Positions 57,620 to 64,000 of a stretch of 64,000 bases of DNA are shown here, piece by piece; position 1 is the stretch's first letter, and every line of letters begins with the position of its first letter. The notes below the pieces were generated by a model, which was given only the letters and a program-made list of their open reading frames with translations, did no database searches and was not told the DNA's origin. Source of the DNA: Macrostomum lignano. Its lineage: Eukaryota. The position numbers and the translations under genes are program-made. The DNA lies in contig NIVC01001655.1 in NCBI GenBank assembly GCA_002269645.1, positions 1-64,000 of the forward strand, written 5' to 3'.

Positions 57620-58625
57620 GTTCCACTGTCTCTTGTTGGGTTCCACTGTCTCTTGTTGAGTTCCACTGTCTCCTTGTGGGTTCCACTGTCTCTTGTTGGG
57701 TTCCACTGTCTCTTGTTGGGTTCCACTGTCTCCTTGTGGGTTCCACTGTCTCTTGTTGGGTTCCACTGTCTCTTGTTGGGTTCCACTGTCTCTTGTTGAG
57801 TTCCACTGTCTCTTGTTGGGTTCCACTGTCTCTTGTGGGTTCCACTGTCTCTTGTTGAGTTCCACTGTCTCCTTGTGGGTTCCACTGTCTCTTAGTAGGT
57901 TCCACTGTCTCTTGTTGAGTTCCACTGTCTCCTTGTGGGTTCCACTGTCTCTTGTTGGGTTCCACTGTCTCTTGTGGGTTCCACTGTCTCTTGTGGGTTC
58001 CACTGTCTCTTGTTGAGTTCCACTGTCTCCTTGTGGGTTCCACTGTCTCTTAGTAGGTTCCACTGTCTCTTGTTGGGTTCCACTGTCTCTTGTTGGGTTC
58101 CACTGTCTCTTGTTGGGTTCCACTGTCTCTTGTTGAGTTCCACTGTCTCCTTGTGGGTTCCACTGTCTCTTGTTGGGTTCCACTGTCTCTTGTGGGTTCC
58201 ACTGTCTCTTGTGGGTTCCACTGTCTCTTGTTGAGTTCCACTGTCTCCTTGTGGGTTCCACTGTCTCTTAGTAGGTTCCACTGTCTCTTGTTGGGTTCCA
58301 CTGTCTCTTGTTGGGTTCCACTGTCTCTTGTTGGGTTCCACTGTCTCTTCTTGTTGAGTTCCACTGTCTCTTGTTGGGTTCCACTGTCTCTTGTTGGGTT
58401 CCACTGTCTCTTGTTGGGTTCCACTGTCTCCTTGTGGGTTCCACTGTCTTTTAGAGGGTTCCACTGTCTCTTGTTGGGTTCCACTGTCTCCTTGTGGGTT
58501 CCACTGTCTTTTAGAGGGTTCCACTGTCTCTTGTTGGGTTCCACTGTCTCCTTGTGGGTTCCACTGTCTTTTAGAGGGTTCCACTGTCTCCTTGTGGGTT
58601 CCACTGTTTTACTGTCTCTTGTTGA
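57620..58625. repeat. 20-bp minisatellite (GGGTTCCACTGTCTCTTGTT)n
   Basis: About 50 units. Confidence 0.95.
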
Positions 58626-59269
58626 GTTGCTTTTTTGTTATATCGATTATCATAGGAAAATATGGCTAAATTAAAGTGATGTCATTCTTCGGTTTTTCTG
58701 GCCTCGTTCGTTTTGTTGTTTTTTGGAGGGGCGATAATTTGTTATCTTGATAACCTTATGAGCAGCAGTAACTAATTTTCACAAGCAACTATAAACTTGA
58801 CGCAAGACTATTGACTCAACTATCAAGCTCAAACCGCAGGAATTTGCAATGTAAATAAGCCCTCCTCAAAGGAGTGACGAAACAACCCAAGATGCTTGCC
58901 AACCGTGGTTCGGCACTCAGCAACCACAGACTGGCTTAGTCACAGGAGGGTCAGAAAGTGTCTAAAGTTCAAATAGATTTGTCTCTCCTCTCGTATTCGT
59001 GTAACACAGCCAATAAATTTTATTATGCTCAACCAACTCTTAAGAGAACCCTTGCGTTGCTAGGAACGCGAGCCCACAGACAAAAAACTGCTGTTAGTTT
59101 TGTTTGCTAAGATTTTTAGCCAAACTCGTACAAAGTGAATTTATGATACGACTAAATCTTAATTTCATTTGTATTAATAGAACTCATTATTGAAATCGCT
59201 ATTCAACAATATAAGCACTGTGCACTGAGTGTGTGGTAATCAACATCAGATCGATGTGTCATGTACTGC

Positions 59270-60066
59270 ATCTACCATATAGCAAACACATTTACATCAA
59301 CACTGCATCTACTTTAGCTACTACATCTACCATATAGCTAACACATTTACATCAACACTGCATCTACTTTAGCTACTACATCTAGCATATAGCTAACACA
59401 TTTACATGTACATCAACACTGCATCTACTTTAGCTACTGCATCTACCATATAGCTAACACATTTACATCAACACTGCATCTACTTTAGCTACACATCTAC
59501 CTTAGCTACCACATCTACCTTAGCTACCACATCTACCTTAGCTACCACATCTACCTTAGCTACCACATCTACCTTAGCTACCACATCTACCTTAGCTACC
59601 ACATCTACCTTAGCTACCACATCTACCTTAGCTACCACATCTACCTTAGCTACCACATCTACCTTAGCTACCACATCTACCTTAGCTACCACATCTACCT
59701 TAGCTACCACATCTACCTTAGCTACCACATCTACCTTAGCTACCACATCTACCTTAGCTACCACATCTACCTTAGCTACCACATCTACCTTAGCTACCAC
59801 ATCTACCTTAGCTACCACATCTACCTTAGCTACCACATCTACCTTAGCTACCACATCTACCTTAGCTACCACATCTACCTTAGCTACCACATCTACCTTA
59901 GCTACCACATCTACCTTAGCTACCACATCTACCTTAGCTACCACATCTATCTTAGCTACCACATCTACCTTAGCTACCACATCTACCTTAGCTACCACAT
60001 CTACCTTAGCTACCACATCTACCTTAGCTACCACATCTACCTTAGCTACCACATCTACCCTAGCTA
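59270..60066. repeat. 18-bp minisatellite (TAGCTACCACATCTACCT)n with a degenerate left edge
   Basis: Produces the VVAKVD repeats in ORF 59489-60313. Confidence 0.95.
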
Positions 60067-60499
60067 CAACATCCAGTTGCGGTGTATGAGAGTTTTTTCT
60101 TTCTAAAAAGACAATTTCCTCAACACAGGCCTCCTTGACATTGTTGATTGAATGCCAAAATTTATATTTAAAGGGGATAGACGATCTGCTACATAAGGAA
60201 TATTGCCAGCCAGTATATGGAAACCAGAGTATATTTTTATTGTTTAATAATAGTTCCTGAAAAAATGTTGACCAAGATGTAGAAAAAGTGGCCAAAGTAT
60301 AAATTTCTTGCACTGATAAAGTAGCTATTAAACTTTATTCGAAGAGTTTAAAATAAACAAAAACATAGAATGGCAGCTTGACTAATCGAAATAGGGGATA
60401 TAAGTTAGACAACAAGTGAACAAAGAGTTTTCAGTTAATCAATCCAGCTCGATCTTCTCCAGCAGCAGACTCTGCCGCGGCAGTTCTCGGTGGCTGCGG

Positions 60500-60827
60500 T
60501 CACTGCTTGCACACAGCGGCCAGCAGGGCCAGAGCCGCGGTCAGAAGGAGGCCGCTGGGACCGAACTGCTCGGCGAGGAGTTGCACAGGTCGGTGTTGCA
60601 GCACCAGGTGTTGCTGGATTCCACACAGGTACCGGCAGCGGAGCGGCCGATGACGCCAGCCAATCAGCCTTGACGCAGTAGGTGCCGGTGTTTGTCGGGG
60701 TGCTGCTGGACACGGTGCTGCAGGCGGCGCAGACGTAGCACTTGACAGCGTCGGTCGGGACGGGCAGAAAGCAGGCGGCGGCCAGGAGGCCGAGAGTGGC
60801 CAGACGGAGCACTTGCTGACGCTGCAT
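60500..60827 (-). pseudogene. Ly6/uPAR copy 3 with two 1-nt deletions (pseudogene or sequence error)
   Basis: 328 nt versus 330 nt for copies 1 and 2; single G missing near 60661 (GAT GTG to GATTG) and near 60573 (CCGAGG to CCGAG). Confidence 0.8.
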
Positions 60828-61589
60828 TCTGGCTGAAGTTGCGATTTGGATAAAGACTAACAACAAGTTCTTCTCAAGCTGAAAGATGCGGAACTTTCGG
60901 TTCGCGGGTCTCTGCTTATATAGTCAGGCGGAGGCTGCCCAGAAGACTGGCAGAAGACGATTGATTTTTGATCGGGCAAGGCAGATCGATGTGCGAGCAG
61001 AGGTAGAGCTGCTGCCTGTGGAGAAACGCTCTGCAGGCAGCTCCACAACTCCATCAAGTGGAACCCCCCGTCGCTTTCCTGCATGATGGGGTTTTCTGGG
61101 CCCAAGTCATTAACTTGTCAAGTAGAGCAAGAGTATTTCTCTACCATTGTTCAGAGCTCAACTATGCATCTTGAGTTGCTCTCAGGGAATCCAATTCCTC
61201 TTTGGCATTCTAAGACTGCAGAAGTGCAACGAAGCGTTAGGCCAGTTTCCCTCAGCCAGTATTGCTGGGTGATCTGCATTGTTTATCGTGGCAGCTGAGG
61301 CGTTGCTCCAGATGGAAGCTTTTTCATGGGCCATCGGTCTCGCTTTCCTGGCTATGGAGACTTTTTTACCATGTTAATTGATCTGTGAAATACTCTTCAG
61401 CTGGAGACTGGTTGGCTCGGTAGGCAATTAAAATATCGTGGGTCGTGCCACAAAATGCAAGGACTGAAAGTGGCTGATTAATAATAATTCTAGTCCGACT
61501 AAAGATGAAATCGATGTACGATGTTTAATTATTGACAAGTAATTACTGTACTTGTACTTGTCAAAGTATTTCTTTGTAAATTCGTAAAA

Positions 61590-62172
61590 ACGGGAGACAG
61601 GGCCGACCACCAAGAGACAGGGGAGTCCACCAAGAGACAGGGGGCCCACCAAGAGACAGGGGCGCCCACCAAGAGACAGGGGAGCCCACCAAGAGACAGG
61701 GGAGTCCACCAAGAGACAGGGCCGCCCACCAAGAGACAGGGCCGCCTACCAAGAGACAGGGCCGCCCACCAAGAGACAGGGCCGCCTACCAAGAGACAGG
61801 GCCGCCCACCAAGAGACAGGGCCGCCCACCAAGAGACAGGGCCGCCTACCAAGAGACAGGGGAGCCCACCAAGAGACAGGGCCGCCCACCAAGAGACAGG
61901 GCCGCCTACCAAGAGACAGGGGAGCCCACCAAGAGACAGGGCCGCCCACCAAGAGACAGGGGCGCCCACCAAGAGACAGGGCCGCCCACCAAGAGACAGG
62001 GCCGCCTACCAAGAGACAGGGCCGCCTACCAAGAGACAGTGGCGCCTACCAAGAGACAGGGGCGCCCACCAAGAGACAGGGGAGCCCACCAAGAGACAGG
62101 GGAGCCCACCAAGAGACAGGGGAGCCCACCAAGAGACAGGGGAGCCCACCAAGAGACAGGGGCGCCCACCAA
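61590..62172. repeat. 20-bp minisatellite (CCCACCAAGAGACAGGGCCG)n
   Basis: About 29 units. Confidence 0.95.
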
Positions 62173-62464
62173 GACTTTTTCAGTCCCTCATCCGCAGCGA
62201 CTCAATGCATATCAGCCAGTCAACCATTATGGATGATGGGCAATGGTATCATGTCTTGGATTGCGCTAGCTTATTACGAGCTACTGTAAACAGATGCGTT
62301 AACACAGGAGGCGCCATCGCTTTAAAAGCCAGAATATTCAAACGGCTTTTGTATTTATTTTTTACAAACTTTTGTTGGTAACATTACAAAACGTTTCGCA
62401 TGCGATGCGGTTTTATAGTATTGATAGTATTGTGAAGGTGAAGAAGTTCGGGCATCGTAGGGCT

Positions 62465-63185
62465 GAGGGCTGTGAGTTTATCAGGGCTGTGAGTTTATCA
62501 GGGGTGTGAGTTTATCAGGAGTGTCAGTTTATCAGGGGTGGAGTTTATCAGGAGTGTCAGTTTATCAGGGTGTGAGTTTATCAGGAGTGTCAGTTTATCA
62601 GGGGTGTGAGTTTATCAGGAGTGTGAGTTTATCAGGAGTGTGAGTTTATCAAGGGTGTGAGTTTATCAGGGGTGTGAGTTTATCAGGAGTGTGAGTTTAT
62701 CAGGAGTGTCAGTTTATCAGGGGTGTGAGTTTATCAAGGGTGTGAGTTTATCAGGGGTGTGAGTTTATCAGGAGTGTCAGTTTATCAGGGGTGTGAGTTT
62801 ATCAGGAGTGTGAGTTTATCAGGAGTGTCAGTTTATCAGGGGTGTGAGTTTATCAGGAGTGTGAGTTTATCAGGAGTGTCAGTTTATCAGGGGTGTGAGT
62901 TTATCAGGAGTGTCAGTTTATCAGGGGTGTGAGTTTATCAGGGGTGTGAGTTTATCAGGAGTGTCAGTTTATCAGGGGTGTGAGTTTATCAGGAGTGTCA
63001 GTTTATCAGGGTGTGAGTTTATCAGGAGTGTCAGTTTATCAGGGGTGTGAGTTTATCAGGAGTGTCAGTTTATCAGGGGTGTGAGTTTATCAGGAGTGTC
63101 AGTTTATCAAGGGTGTGAGTTTATCAGGGGTGTGAGTTTATCAGGAGTGTCAGTTTATCAGGGGTGTGAGTTTATCAAGGGTATG
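62465..63185. repeat. 17-bp minisatellite (GTGAGTTTATCAGGAGT/GGGT)n
   Basis: About 42 units immediately downstream of Ly6 copy 4. Confidence 0.95.
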
Positions 63186-63287
63186 ACAGCACGATAGCTG
63201 TGAGGGTTTGAAGATGAGTTGATGTTTTAGGCAAGATTTGGGGATTTGTCAATCATTTGCCTTCGTCACCGCAGCCGGTCCGCGCCG

Positions 63288-63608
63288 TCACCCAGCCGCA
63301 ATGCTTAGCGTCATCCTCATCAGCAGCGCCAGCGCCAGCGTCGCCGACCTCAGCCGGACTGCCGAGTTGCAGAAGTCAGTCTGGCAGCAGAAGGACTCCG
63401 GGCTGGCCACGCACGCCTCCGAGGCAAAGCGAGACACCACATTGTTGGTGGTGAGCTTGACGCACCAGACACCCTGCTGGGAGCCCATCTGGGACAAGCT
63501 GAGGCCGTCACAGTTTGAGCAGGAGTAGCAGTTCACCTTAGCAGACAGGACCAGCTCAGGTGCTAGGAGCAAATAAATTGCTGGGAATAAAATTCTCAAC
63601 TGAAGCAT
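63288..63608 (-). CDS. Ly6/uPAR GPI-anchor-type small protein, divergent copy 4
   Basis: 106 aa from MLQLRILF: signal peptide, CYSCSNC..WCVK..C..CCQTDFCN, hydrophobic tail. Confidence 0.82.
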   Translation of the reverse strand: MLQLRILFPAIYLLLAPELVLSAKVNCYSCSNCDGLSLSQMGSQQGVWCVKLTTNNVVSRFASEACVASPESFCCQTDFCNSAVRLRSATLALALLMRMTLSIAAG

Positions 63609-64000
63609 CTCGGCTTTGACGGGGCTTTGGCCGGTTCTGCTCAAAAAATGAGATTTGGTGAGAGACTGAGATCTTCTCTATATAGAACTGTCACTTTTTT
63701 CGCTGAATGAAATGCTTTTCTCCGTATTATTTTTTAGCAACCAACCAAAGCCATCTGCAGCTAGCTAATTGATTTCCCTCATTTTAGACATTTCAAAGCC
63801 ATTTGCTCTGGCGTTTGAAGGCAATTTCCTCAGTAACAATGTACCCTCCGCATTCTGCTCTCTTTTGTCTGCTGATTTGCTTCTGGCAAAGCTCAAATTA
63901 TTGTCTCTCTGCGAGAGTATGCCCTTGTAGATTGCTTCTGAAAAATCTCAAGCGTCGCAGCAAGTGCCAATACGCGCTCGTAACAATACACGGAGAGAGA

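Noticed and set aside
59489-60313. 274-aa ORF with a unique N-terminus and VVAKVD repeats
   Set aside because: The repeat part is an 18-bp satellite and the AT-rich N-terminal part resembles no family I recognise.

Overview
Eukaryotic (metazoan) genomic DNA with GC-rich exons, GT-AG introns and introns or spacers packed with minisatellites. This style suggests a flatworm such as Macrostomum; that is an inference and was not verified. 1.6-16.7 kb: four co-oriented minus-strand genes (SMYD4-like, SmD1, anillin-like, COX6A) with short non-repetitive spacers, an operon-like layout. 21.5-28.4 kb: a PDE9-like gene bracketed by tRNA-Gly(TCC) and tRNA-Leu(TAA). 29.4-34.6 kb: a calponin/myophilin pseudogene hit by a LINE (10-bp TSD) and a TIR element. 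35-64 kb: four small intronless GPI-anchor-type Ly6/uPAR (three-finger) genes. Their 8-Cys pattern is unusual, apparently lacking the C4-C6 bond. They are dispersed among Tc1, BEL/Pao, Gypsy, LINE, SINE and MITE remnants and many satellites. Several conserved genes carry isolated 1-nt frameshifts, which may be assembly errors or early decay. All assignments come from manual reading and motif recall; no searches were run.
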